From Blepharisma stoltei ATCC 30299 (taxonomy: Eukaryota > Protista > Ciliophora), in assembly GCA_965603825.1 (NCBI GenBank), contig CBFDEM010000060.1, forward strand, positions 434,001 to 498,000: a stretch of 64,000 bases of DNA. Reading direction: 5' to 3'. The first letter of the stretch is position 1. Each line of letters opens with the position of its first letter. The notes beneath the pieces were generated by a model that was not told the DNA's origin, made no database searches, and saw nothing but the letters and a program-made list of their open reading frames with translations. Shown in pieces: positions 23,801 to 35,703 of the stretch. The translations under genes and the position numbers were made by a program.

Positions 23801-24255
23801 CCGTTTTTGGAGGTACAATTTTATTATCTCCCGCATTATTCAAAGAATCAGAACTATCAAAGTGCTTTTTAAAGGTCGTTTTTGTGCACGAAATTGCACA
23901 TCTATTAAGAAGAAGAACAAATCCAGAATGTTATAATGCAGAAATAGCAACACCAACACATGAGGGCAGTTTTTTCGGTGGAATTCCAGGCTATGGAGAT
24001 TATCTCAATATCGAGTGGTGCACCAGCGAGGGAGGACATCAAGTTGAAAACGCATTATTTGGCGCTTTTGTGACCGAAGTAGATAAAAGGCAGATTAAAT
24101 ACATTAATGATCCTAGCAACTGAAAAATTGATCTTCAAATCTTTAAATCAGAGTTGGCAAGAAAGATTAAAAGCAATTCATTAAAATACAATCATTGCAG
24201 AGGCAGCAATGGTGTATTTAAAGTTGATAGACTACTTCACAAGAGTCAAAGGTAA
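20860..24255 (+). pseudogene. MPN(-) domain + HEXXH zincin-like gene with three frame disruptions (pseudogene, recoded gene or assembly error)
   Basis: N-terminal VQIHPSALVNIA..LGILMG (CSN6/MPN-like). C-terminal VFVHEIAHLLRR..EGGHQVENALFG..INDPSN-W. Frame steps by -1 near 21135, 21815 and 23430. TGA=W joins 22654/22679 and extends the end to TAA24255. Confidence 0.6.
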
Positions 24256-24689
24256 AAATTAATTAGAAAATTAGTATAAATTAGATAAAAATAAAGAAAT
24301 GATTATGAAATCTGCTCTTATAATTAATTTCTAGCTAACTTTTTAAATTTGAGAAAATGTATTTTCTATTTCGCATAAATTATAGATTAACTCCAATCAA
24401 AAATGAAAATTTACAATACTTATTTTTATTAAAAGGGGAGCATCGATTAATACCTTATAATTACAAAAGATTATAGGTTTAATCAAGTATTTGAAATTAA
24501 AATTAATATAGCGTTGCTCATATTTTACGATAGCTAAACTCTTCCTGAATTTTCTTCAAATAGATCTTGTATATCAAAAATATAAACAAGCTCTGGAGAA
24601 TTCCTTAAGCTTATAGGGAAAGCAGATTCCATGATTTTTGAGCTAACTCCAAGCGCTTCTTTATAATTCGAATAATATAAATTTTCATA

Positions 24690-25500
24690 ATCTTTTTACA
24701 TACTTAGATGGCATGAGGAATTGCTTAAGCTGCCATTCATCAGAGAAGACCTAAATAAATTTGAAATTTTTTGCCTTCTTTTTTAATTAATAATGATGGA
24801 GGTAATTTTCGCATGATTATAAGGCTGCATATTATAATTATTAAAAGACCTAATAATTGAATACTGAGATAAATACTATAGTGCCCAGAATTTAGTATTA
24901 AATAGACTAAACTTAATCCTCCATTCCAAATAGCACAAATTGTGCAAAAAATTTGTAGCAAATCAGCTCTATCATAATTGAAATTTTTCCTATGCATAAT
25001 AAATATCAAATAGCTGGCTATTAAAAATAAGTATACAGAGCAATGGAGAATTTGACTGATTATTCTAAATGTTTTGTAAATTCCAATCAGAGTTACTTGC
25101 AAAGCACTTTTAATCATAATACATGCAGGATCTGATTTAATATTTAAATTAATTTGGCCTTCTTGTCATGAAGGTCTAGCTTGTATAGCGAGCAAAAGAT
25201 ATAAAACTCATCAAAAAGTGGGAATCATAATAGATAAATATTCTGAATTTCAGCATGAGGAGTAGCAATCGTAGTTTAAAAAGGCGCTCTTTAATTCTAA
25301 ACTTGTAGAATAATCGCATTGGATTATGGATATTAGCATATTTATCATAGGCTGAAAGAAATAGTTGATTATTAATGTAGCAACTATTTTTTCAGATTTT
25401 TCTATACCTGAAACACACCCTGCCCAATTTTTTCAAAATGATTGCTAAGCTCCAAATAAATGAAAAAATTCGTAAAAAGTCATCCAATACAAAAAAATAA
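24690..25500 (-). pseudogene. Decayed multi-pass membrane protein fragment
   Basis: Hydrophobic frame open about 25443-24725 with TGA=W (FLNYDCYSSCW, RPSWQE). Bounded by an in-frame TAG upstream and an apparent frameshift near 24770. Confidence 0.55.
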
Positions 25501-25559
25501 TGTGCTATAAAAAAATTTTCAGAAAATATCTCCCTTTATCAAACTTTCTATTTTTAATT

Positions 25560-26458
25560 TTCTCTCCCTATCTTTGAACTATCTCTATCACCCGAAAATT
25601 GAATGTCTTCCTCCAGCTGTTTCATCACATTCAGGCACATTTTTTACCTAAATGGAGCTGCAATTACTTGAGCGTTAATAGGCAATCCCTTACTATTTTT
25701 CATAAGTTTACTCATATAACCAACAGGCACGCTTCCTGCAGGCAATTAAGCAAATTAAAGAACCAAACATAAGCAAATCCTAGGTATAAAAATTCATAAG
25801 TATCATGCAAATGTGCAGGAAATGGATAAGGTGCCAAAGCAGTATCAATATTCAAGTCAGCCAATCGGCTTAAAATCTCATTTTTCATTTTTGTAAGCTT
25901 CTTCAGTGTCTTGACAAAATTGTAACCATTTTTGAAATTAAGTGCTTTTCAATAAAATGGTTTCTAATTGCTGAAAAGCCAATTTCTTAGTCTTCATGCC
26001 AAGACCTTACATAGCCAAATTTACTCTGACGCTTCGGCATCTCCCCTGCCTGCTTAACCTAGAATACATACAAGTGATTCATTGCTAAAGTCGAAGTCAA
26101 GAATTTTAAGCTCTACTAGCTCATGGTCTCTTCTTTGATGCGATTATTTTGTTATTTCTAAGGCTCTTGCCATAGCAGCTTGCAGAGGCTGATATGATCA
26201 CTTCCTACATATCCAATTTTTAAGTTTCTTCTCTCTTGATCTATTTCTTCTTTCCAGGGGATTGGGGTAGCACTAAGATCACCTTTAAAATAAATCGCAT
26301 CGCAGGTAGCCTTCATATATAGGGCACATATCTTATCATTTGGCATCTTGTTTCTTTTTCTTGAGCTGCTTTTAAATCAGCACAATTGAAGACTCAGCTA
26401 AAGCACTGAGTCCAACAACAATAAGTTTCGGGTTGAGCCTGTCAAGTTTCAGTTCCAT
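25560..26458 (-). pseudogene. Amidase pseudogene (paralog of 18130-19872)
   Basis: Long near-identical tracts with the intact gene (e.g. 25750-25835 vs 18385-18478). In-frame stops, frameshifts, and loss of the whole catalytic signature region. Confidence 0.88.
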
Positions 26459-26469
26459 ATATAAATATA

Positions 26470-26673
26470 ATGAATTGCAAAGAAAAATGCAGCAAATGCA
26501 TGAGCGCCATCGCAGATGAAGTTACCTTCTGAATTGAGGTATTTGCGGAGTATCTGGGTTGGACTAAAAGCGATTATCATTGGGTCTTCGAGCAGCACGA
26601 AGAAGACTTAAGGGAGCATGCAAGACAAAATGAGATTAAAAGAAGAAGAGCCAAGTATTATAAAGAAAATTAA
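26470..26673 (+). CDS. Small 67-aa protein with a FAM177-like motif
   Basis: MNCKEKCSKCMSAIADEVTF-W-IEVFAEYLGWTKSDYHWVFEQHEEDLR...; one TGA=W; coding-like GC content. Missing from the ORF track. Confidence 0.65.
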
Positions 26674-26700
26674 AATAGTTAAACTGTTTTATTTTAAAAT

Positions 26701-28750
26701 TTATTCAATTTCATCCATAAGTTCATCTGCAGGCTGACTTTGAGACTGTGGAGGCTCAATTTTCACCAGGAATGCATCAGATTCAGCCTGACTCACTGTG
26801 CTTTTATCATTTTCTCCATCTGTAATCAGTGATATATGGTGTGCGACTACCAAGTTCCAGAAATCAGGGTGTATTTGTTGGAGTCTTTTGATTTGCTGTA
26901 TCATAAACAGGTTAAAAGCTTCAAACTCGTCTTCGTCCAAACATCCTTGCCTTAGATTCTTCAAACAATTAATAGCTTTCGCATAAGTGTTCCCTTGAAA
27001 CGCCTTTTCCACCAGCCTCACAATAAGTTCTTGCATTTGTTTTATAGCAGGGCCGACCCTATCAACTTGTCTATCCTTTAGCAATCTATAAAAATCGTCA
27101 ACTGGGTTAATTTCAGAAATTTGGTCACTAAAAGGCTCTGCCATAGGAATGTCGTCTCTTGGCTTGCCTTCATCTTTAATAATGTCTGCGTAGAATTTCT
27201 TTTCTTTTTTCGGGACTTCAATTTCTCTCAACGCAAACATGCTGGCAAATCTGTCACATTCAGCTTTTGCGTTATTGTATAATTCTTGGTCGGGGGATAG
27301 ATAATGGGCTATATTTGGGTCAAGAGGAGGCAAAGGCTGGTCTGGGTTTTCAGCTCGGAAGGTGATGCACTGGTAGAAGTATTGTAGGGTTGGGTTAAAG
27401 GTAGAGGATGGCTTCAGAGATTCGCCATCAGCATCTAATGATAAAGCATTGACAAAATTTTCAGCTGCAGCGTCTTGTTCAGGTGTGGATTCGACTAAGT
27501 CAGCGAACGAATAGTCTCTGAAGTCTTCTTCTGTAGGCAAATAATTGAGCCATAAACAAATTAGGTCTGGCTTTATGCATGGAGATAAAATGCATAAATG
27601 AGGCTGCGTGTTGTCTCGTGATACATATCTGACTAAAATTGAATCTTGCCTTTGGTATAAGGCTTGAACAATTGCTGCAAAGGCAGCCTCTTGGTCAGGC
27701 TCAGCTGCTGGCAGCACCATATCGACTCCACTCATAAAAAAGTGTCTTGGAACTGCATCTGATGGTAGAAATCCTAAAAGTTTCATGCACTTTGGACATG
27801 CAAATTTCAATAGATCTTCGTCGACCGTCCCTATAGGAACAACAGATTTCCCATAGAAATAAGCTTTTATGATGTCTTCAGGGTCAATTACAGTTCCAGT
27901 TGGGTCATCTTCTAGTGCCGCTTCTCTTGACATCTTAAGTTTTCCTTCATCTACATTCCTTGAGAAAGGAATAACAGTTGAATGTTTTTTCAAGCTTGGC
28001 AGGACTTCTTCTTTAGTCTTCCCATAGACGCAGATATCAATCCCATAGCCTAATCCAAAATCCAGCTGACCCTTATACTTGGTTACAGGATATACTGATC
28101 TTTTCCGAAACTGCTTATAAATTTCCATCGCAGTTTCACTCGGATAAATAGCTCCTTGGACACTTTCTATTAACTGGCTGAGGACTTGTGCTGTCTTTTT
28201 TTGCTGATTTGTTTGGCTATGTTTAGCTTGTTCACCAAACCCAATAGCAATTACATTGACTCTGATATCTTGCAAATTAATTTGGTCAATGATATCTTGA
28301 AGCTGGTCAGCTGAGTTAGTTGAGCAGTTTCCATCAGTGATAATGAAAAGTCTTTTTTTGAATTTTTTCTTCCCAATACGATTTGTGATCATGGAGACTG
28401 CGACTACAATTGCATCTAAAACATCTCCTGAAGCATTGGTAGGAGTTAAAGTGTTCATTAGTAGCATGGAATCTAGCGTGGAGACGTCAAGCTCTTGTAA
28501 AACAGAAATATTTTCATAGCCGCCATACTGTTCTGCTAGGTCGTTTTCTGTTTCTTCTGATCCTAATACAATGAGGCCGATTTCATGACTTTTTGCGAGA
28601 AGCAGTTTTTGCTGAATTAAAAGTTTGGTGGCTTCTGCTGCAATAGCGAGTTTCATTTGGCCTTCTTCGCCGAACTGTTCTCTCATGGTTCTGCTGACAT
28701 CTATGATCACAACAATTGCTTCCTATATAGAAATTTACCTTCCCCGCCAT
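26701..28750 (-). CDS. KU80: Ku80 (NHEJ DNA end-binding subunit)
   Basis: vWA (MAGK|EAIVVIIDVS after a 16-nt intron), Ku core (AYFYGK, PTLQYFYQC), C-terminal domain (YAKAINCL..LR..FW..ISLIT). Confidence 0.95.
28723..28738 (-). other. 16-nt intron GTAAATTTCTATATAG
   Basis: Joins ATG GCG GGG AAG to GAA GCA ATT of Ku80. Confidence 0.9.
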
Positions 28751-28816
28751 TTATAATTATTTATCTATCTCTGGGGGAATTAAGCGAGTTATTAAGAGAG
28801 GGTTGTTAAATAATTC

Positions 28817-30436
28817 TTAGTGACTCCCTGGTGTTGCTGGAGGCTGAGGTGCTGGCACACCTAAGTTTGATAAATATTTTATTAAGAATTGGTCTCTTTC
28901 CTGCCAAGATTCCACATTTTCAGCTAGATCATGATAATTTAGCTTGGCTACTTTCCAGCCGAGGAGTTCAAGCCACCTGCATTTTATTTCGAACTCATTG
29001 GTGAACTCATACTTCAGCTTCGGTTCCTTGACAAGCCTGTCATCATATTCATATTTCCCTTTAAGCCAAAAATCGGGAAACGCACAAAAGAGGGCTACTT
29101 TTTGAGGCATAATTGCGCATTGTAGAGACTCATGGTTGCTATACAAATAAGGGGCAGCTGCTTTGTATCTCAAATGTGAGGTGACCCAATTTTTAAATCT
29201 GTCCATATAAACGCATTGATATTCATCAATATCTTCAATTAGTCGTGGCCCCATAAATAAAAAGCCTTTTTTCTCGTACTTTTCTATGAATTCGTCTGAT
29301 AGAAGTTTTGGGAAAGATTTGCCGATATGGAATTTCATTTTCCTGACGTATTGATAGTCGTACTCTGAGACGTATTTAAGACTTTCAATATAGTTTGTGT
29401 AAGCTTTGAGCATTCTTTCGTCCTTTGAGTTTACGTTGAATAAATAAGTGCTCATCTTCTGCAGGTATCTCTTTTTCATTTCAGGTGTGATAGGGATTTT
29501 GCTGTTTATTTTTTTTTGCAGATCGTTTGAGATAGGCTCTCTTAAGCTAAGTGAGCATCCTAAGTCTAGGGCTGAGTCAAAGTCTAAATCATCCCCTTTT
29601 TCAAGCAGCTTTCCTCTCAAATTGCTGAATAATTTTTCTGTTCCTAAATTGACATTAGTGAACCCTTTTACAACATCGACCATTTGCGTAATGCTCATCC
29701 TATTCATTCTTCTTGTCAATATTTCCTCTTCAATTGAATCTGTGAGTGCATGTATTCTATTTCTCAATTTCACTGGAGCATTGCTTCCTGCAATTCCTCC
29801 ACAAATTGTCGCTAATTGGTCGTCAGAAAACTCAGTAAGTCTATTAAGAACCAAAGGAGTAATCGCTTCTAAAAATTTCACACTAATTTCTTGCTGTTTT
29901 GGTATGATTTTTATAGGAATTATCTTAGATTCATGCCTAAAAGAGTTGGATACCACATAAGGGGCAACAGAAATCACGTCTAAGTTTTCCTCAGCTTGCA
30001 ATTCTTTAACCAATAGCTGTGCTGCAGTTTCATAAAATTCATCGTTTACTGTGCTTCCATAAGCCCCAATAGTAGAAATCAATTCAATTGCAGTCATATG
30101 TGATAGCATTTCTTTGGCTTCTGTATCAAGCCAGTCGTGCAAAACTGGTCTCCCGAGGTACGTTTCGTCGAAATCCTTTGTTGATCTTGTCAGAGCCCAT
30201 TTCAGTCTTGCGAATTCTCTTGGCGTGTACTTTGGCTTTTTGTTTAGAACTTCAACTCGAAAATCTTTTCAATATTTCAAATTTGTTTGGCCCTCCACAA
30301 TTGATGCGTTGAAGGCTCTGTCGACTAAGCTTTTTGTGTTGCTTGGGATTTCTACAAACTCAGGAAGCGCATTGGCGAAGGCGCCGATAGATTTTAGGTT
30401 GAGATGTTTAGTCTGAATGATAGACCTCACAGCCAT
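28817..30436 (-). CDS. RAP-domain helical-repeat protein (probably mitochondrial RNA-binding)
   Basis: Extends to ATG30436 through one TGA. C-terminal IKCRWLELLGWKVAKLNY matches the RAP motif. Confidence 0.7.
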
Positions 30437-30467
30437 ATTAATGCAATAAGATTAGGGTTAAAATATA

Positions 30468-30882
30468 TTAGGCTTCAGGTGGGAGATATTTCTAAAGTAG
30501 AACTTACGTCTAAAAGGGAGGAATCTTCGCCGTCTGCAGCCATTTTGTGCTTGACTGCAGGCCTTGGAACGCCGACTTCAACCATCCTTACATATTTCTT
30601 CAAATTATCAGGGACGACTTCTTTAGCTGGCTGCTGCTCTTCTTCCTGTGCTGGCTGGCCTGGCTCCACTGGCTTTGGAGGAGGTGCAAGCTGCTCTGCT
30701 GGTATAGAATTCAACTTATACTCAAGAAGTGCAGTCAATGCTTCGATTTTTTCAATTTGGTGGTTAACTTGACTCAATTTATTATGGGCTTCGGTGCAAA
30801 AATGATTTAAAAACTCACTCGTTGTGATAGCAAAAGCATTTATGACTGCAATCAATTTCTTCGGCTCAATAGCTTCTCCCAT
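30468..30882 (-). CDS. WASHC3: WASH complex subunit 3 (CCDC53)
   Basis: FLNHFC..KL..IEKIEALTALLEYKLNSIP; KYVRMVEVGVP..AVKHKMAADG. A 16-nt intron gives the ending D|KYLPPEA-TAA. Confidence 0.9.
30492..30507 (-). other. 16-nt intron GTAAGTTCTACTTTAG
   Basis: Removal gives a TAA-terminated C-terminus that does not run into the next gene. Confidence 0.8.
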
Positions 30883-31516
30883 TTTATTTGTGCTTATAAT
30901 TAGGATTTTCTTTTATTTGCGCTCAGATGTAAAGGCTCAAAGAAATTAAGTGATAGATAGGAGTCTTTAATTTTTTCACTCAAAATATACGTTAAAATGT
31001 TTAAAACCGATAATTTTCTAATTATTCTATATAAACATTTTTGGCAATTTTATTTGATTTTGTAATTTGTGAAGTCATCTCTCTGATATTTTTATACTTG
31101 GCATATAGTGGAATTAGATTTAAGCAGCTATTTGAAATTCTTAATTAAATTTAAATATGAAAGTGAAACAGCAATTATTATTTATTTCTATATAAAAGCC
31201 CTTTATTATTTATAGCATATTTAAATTTCAAATGAATGATTTTCTTTTTAATATTTATCTCAATACATTTCATGAAATTTAATATTAACCTTTAACTTAT
31301 TAATTTTTATTAGAGTACAATATAAGTATAATCTAACAAAAATTATTTTTATTAGCAATTTAGACCATAGTCCAGATATCTTAAGTTAAAATTTCATTTT
31401 TTTCTTTATATTTAAATCCATGACTGGGAAAGTTTATTCTTATTAGTCAATAATATTTGCCTTATAGCTTAAAATTCTTAAGTATAATAATAGTCATAAT
31501 TATATAACTGATTAAT

Positions 31517-32818
31517 ATGTATCGAAAAAAGCCACAGGACGAATGGGGTCTCATAATCCAACAGCAAGTTGAGTTTAATAAAAAGCGTGAAGAGGAAGAA
31601 AAAGAGCGTATTCAACAAGAAAAAGACAATTACCGCCGTGACCTAGAATATCAAAACTATCTTAGAGAATTGGCCAAAGAACAGCAACGAAAGCAGCGAG
31701 AATTTGAAGCTCAAACAGTCGAAGCACAAATAAAAGCCTTCAAAGAGAACGAAGAAAAGCGAAAAATCGAAGAATCCCAGCAAAAAAAATCTTTACATGA
31801 AACCTACGATCAGCACTATCAATACAAAAAACAGATGCACGATAACGAGCGCATCGCCAAACTCGAGCAAGAACAAATGCACCTTGCCAGAGTAAAGGCA
31901 CAAATGGCTGCAGATGAGCTAAAAAGAAAAGAAGCAGTTGAAAAAGCTTTAAGAGACGAAGAAGAAGTCCTTAGAGTAAGAAGGTACCAAGAAGAATTAC
32001 AAAAGCAAATGAAAGAAAATGAAAAACTGTATGACATTGAGCTGGCTAGAGCAAGAAAAGAAGCTGAAGAGCAAAAAGAAAGACAATATAGAGAATACTA
32101 TAACAAAATTGCTGAAAAACAAGCAGTCCAGCAACACCAATATGAAAAGCTTGTTGCAAAAACTGATTTGTATAGAAAAAACAGAGTCAATGAATGAATT
32201 GACCAAGGATATCAGTTTAATATTAAGTCGCAAGCAGAAAGAGAAGAATATGAAAAACAAGTCCGCCTGCAGGCTAAGAATAACATGAGCGAAATGCTGC
32301 AGAAGCAGCTTGAACTAAAAGAGCTAGAAAAACAACAAAGAAAAGAAGAAATTAAAAGGCAAGCTGAAATAACACAAAGGCAGCTAGAAGAATTCAAGAG
32401 AGCAGAAATGGAAAAAGCTAATCAGAGAAAGTTCCAGCAGCAAAACTACAGAAACTTTTTAAATGTCCAAGCTAATTCAGCAAATGACATTAGAGATAGT
32501 GTGTTCAAACTGTCAGATGTAGAAAAGAAATTAAACAGGGTCGCACTGCAAGGATATGAGGACACACCAAAATCACAACTACAAAGAAATGCCACAAATA
32601 TGCTGAGGTCAAGCAGTCAGAATTCTCTTCAAAATAACGATTTCACCAAAAGATACGTAGAAAACCTGATGAGTCCAAAAATAGGGACTGAAAACAGTTC
32701 TCCCAAGCTCAGAAATAACTCTATGTCAAGCTTAGATCCAGCGATGAAAGCTGCTGGAAAGCCTACAAGGCTCCCATACATTGATCAAAAACTGGAAAGT
32801 AATTTTCTGAAAATTTAA
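31517..32818 (+). CDS. Charged coiled-coil protein (DEWG motif; possibly ciliary/microtubule-associated)
   Basis: ORFs 31517-32197 and 32285-32818 join through TGA=W. E/K/Q/R-rich helix. Confidence 0.75.
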
Positions 32819-32987
32819 TTCATTGCTTAAATCTTAAATGGAGGCATAAAATTATTCCCAACAATTAACCAGCATATAAAGCCTTCTATTAATTGGTATA
32901 TTAGCTAAAGCAGCATTCTATTATGAAAGTGCAAAAATGCATAAAGTTTTCTTATCACGCTTTAACTTACGAAAATGGCCATAATTT

Positions 32988-33353
32988 ATGGCTAAAGGAG
33001 ACAAAGACAAGTCTGACAAGACACCATCAAAGAAGGTCTCCCTTCTTGCCAAACCATCAAACGCAAGTGGAGGTGGAAAAGGTAAAAAAAAGAAGTGGTC
33101 AAAAGGAAAGGTCAAGGATAAGACTACCAACTCAGTCTACTTCGATCAAGAAGCATTAGACAAACTTTTGAATGAAATCCCAGCCAAAACAAAACTTATC
33201 ACTCCTTCAGTACTTTATGACAAGCTGAATATTAATGTCTCTCTTGCAAGGCATGCATTGGCGGATCTCGAAGCCAGGGGAGTCCTCAAAGCTGTTGGAG
33301 ACTTACATCACGCACAAAAAATATACACTCGTGCAACCCAAGCAGAAGCTTAA
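32988..33353 (+). CDS. RPS25: 40S ribosomal protein S25
   Basis: [38 protein letters not shown]. Confidence 0.96.
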   Translation: MAKGDKDKSDKTPSKKVSLLAKPSNASGGGKGKKKKWSKGKVKDKTTNSVYFDQEALDKLLNEIPAKTKLITPSVLYDKLNINVSLARHALADLEARGVLKAVGDLHHAQKIYTRATQAEA

Positions 33354-33569
33354 GTCTAAGTAAAAATTTGACTCTAATTATTGATTTTAAGCCTCAATGA
33401 ATTAATAGTAATATTGCATTAGATTAGGCTTGGAATCAATATTGTCCGCTTATAAATTTGAAAAAGCTGCTTGCAAACTATTATAGCGTTTATCATTCTT
33501 TAATATATAAATTATCATAATTTTTAGCAAAAGCACACAACTTATCGTGAAATATAGGTTAGATGGTTA

Positions 33570-34199
33570 TTAGCAGCATGTCGCTTTTTCAGTTTTCGGC
33601 TTTTTCTTGCTTAAATCGATTGGAGGCTTATACTCAGACGCTTCCGCTTTTACCTGAGACAATGCATTTCTTGCGATTGTCATAAATGCATCATCAACGT
33701 TGACAGCATCCTTTGCTGATGTCTCATAGAACGGCATGTTTCCATTTTCTCTACACCACTGGCTGGCTCTTGCATTCGGGACTTTTCTTTCGTCTTCTTT
33801 GTCTACTTTGTTCCCTAACACAACGAATGGGAAGTTTTCAGCGTCTTTAGCATTGGACTGAGACAAAAATTCTTCTTTCCATGACCCAAGAGATTCAAAA
33901 CTTTTGCTGGACGTAATGTCATAAACGAGAACGCAGCAGTCAGACCCTCGGTAAAAGGCAGTGCCGAGGCTTTGAAAACGCTCCTGGCCAGCTGTGTCCC
34001 AAATTTGGAGGGTCACTAATTTGTCGTCGATCATAATTTCCTTTGTTAAGAAGTCAGCACCAATTGTAGCTTTGTATTGCTGGGTGAAGCGCTTGTTAAC
34101 GTACTGGTTCATGAGAGAGGTTTTTCCGACACTGAATAGGGATTACGCTGAGTCGCCAAGGATGATTACTTTAAGAAGGTGCTTTCTTCCGGATGCCAT
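33570..34199 (-). CDS. RAB7: Rab7 GTPase
   Basis: [17 protein letters not shown]|AVGKTS across a 15-nt intron; [23 protein letters not shown]-terminal CC. Confidence 0.95.
34132..34146 (-). other. 15-nt intron GTAATCCCTATTCAG
   Basis: Interrupts the Rab7 P-loop. Removal restores GDSAVGKT. Confidence 0.93.
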
Positions 34200-34440
34200 C
34201 TTTTATATTCTCCTCTTAAAGTATTCTGGCTTAAATTTTAAATAGAAATAAATGTCTCAGCTGATTATGAGTATTGCTTAGATATTTTATTAAATAATTA
34301 ATCTGATAGGGTAAGCTAGATTTATATGATTTTTATATTAAAGGGATTCTATAGAATTTATTAAAGAAAATATTTGTCTCAATATAAAGAAGAGATTTTA
34401 ATATCTAAATACAAAAGTATTTGTTATCTAATAATAAACA

Positions 34441-35310
34441 CTATGAAAATCTTCTCATCAATTTATTGACTCTGCCTTTATTTTTCGGTAAAGGCTGCTC
34501 CTCTGGCATTATAAAAAACTCTTGTGGCACAGTCAAATAAGGCTCGCCTTCCGGGTCAGGTCTGACATCAATTTGCGAATTATTCCAAAACGTCGCAATC
34601 GGCAATAACAAATCTTCATAATACTCAAAATTATTGTGGTCCATCTCAGGTGGAAGATGCAAAAAGCTTGCACCTGAGCAGTTTTCATGTAGTTTTTGAG
34701 AATGCGAATAAGGTATTAGTGTATCTTTTTGGCCATGCACAAAGAAAGCTGGGCATTGGATATAAGGCATGCAATCAATATTTTTAAATCTTTCAGCCAC
34801 TAAATACTGAGCAAGTTTCCCTGCAATATTCCTGACAACGGCTCTGATAGATGTGTAAGCTGACATTAAAAGCAAGCAGCCAGGATACCGGTGGCGAGCT
34901 AATCACGTAGCAGGGCCAGATCCAATGGACCTGCCAAATACAAAAATATTGGATGGTTGGACTTTTAGCACGTTTTCCACAAAACTAAATACACAGTTTG
35001 CATCTTCTAAAATTCGAGTGGCATTAGGCTTGCCAGAATACAAGCCATAGCCAGGATATTCCATAGAGAGAACATGGATTTTGAGGATTGTTCGAAAAAG
35101 GTCCATCATATCAAAGGTAAGCCCTAAGTCTTCTGCATTTCCATGGAAGTATAAAAGAATTTTGCTTGAGCCTTCTTCACATTGAAGGAGTAAACATGGA
35201 ATTGAGATATTTGATTTGTCGTCACGAGGAACCCAGATTAGTTCGTCTTTAAATTCCTCAAGTTCGTAGCTTGGCGGAGGGGCTGGAAACAGCAAAGCAT
35301 TTAGTTCCAT
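34441..35310 (-). CDS. ABHD17-like alpha/beta hydrolase (depalmitoylase family)
   Basis: YFHGNAEDLG, EYPGYG, FGRSIGSGPAT-W-LA, VHGQKDTLIP, MDHN. Confidence 0.9.
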
Positions 35311-35703
35311 ATTTAGTTCTCTTATTTAAATATAAATTTCTTGTTATAAAGTAGAAGTGGCATGTAAGTTTTAATAGGAAGTTTTTAAATGCAGAAGGAA
35401 AGATTATATTTAGAATTGTTTATGATATATTTAAGGTAGACTATAGCTTATTGTTAGCTGTGTGCATTTTTATAGTTGTATACTTAAAATTTCTTCCGTG
35501 ATAATGGAGCTTTCTGTTTTAACTTGTGTAATATAATATCTTTTTGTAGATAATAAAAGAGCTTCAATAGAAGTTTTTATATAAAAACACATTAAATTCA
35601 ATACTCAAAGATATCCATCCTTATCCTGATAGTTTTTCTCTGTAAATATGTGTAAATTAATAGAAATTGCTTAAATTTAAAAAATCGTAATAGTAATTTA
35701 TAA

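Noticed and set aside
20860-24123. Five overlapping ORFs (including an ATGA overlap at 23434) as a bacterial-style operon or defence island
   Set aside because: TGA is Trp here, the TTG starts are artefacts, there are no Shine-Dalgarno motifs, and composition matches the host. A single frame-broken gene is simpler.
26470-28750. Ku80 next to the decayed island as a functional DNA-elimination gene cluster
   Set aside because: Ku80 is relevant to IES repair, but neighbouring genes in this window are functionally unrelated, so adjacency is not evidence.
29448-30772. Antisense and alternative-frame ORFs in the track (e.g. 29448-29960, 30404-30772, 42883-43326, 52473-52889, 59683-60123)
   Set aside because: They are shadows of well-supported genes on the other strand or frame and carry no motifs of their own.
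30900-31510. Long AT-rich spacer as a retained IES, MITE or ncRNA (also 14050-14500, 58800-59280)
   Set aside because: I found no terminal inverted repeats, tandem repeats or recognisable RNA structure. These fit divergent promoter regions; germline data would be needed to say more.
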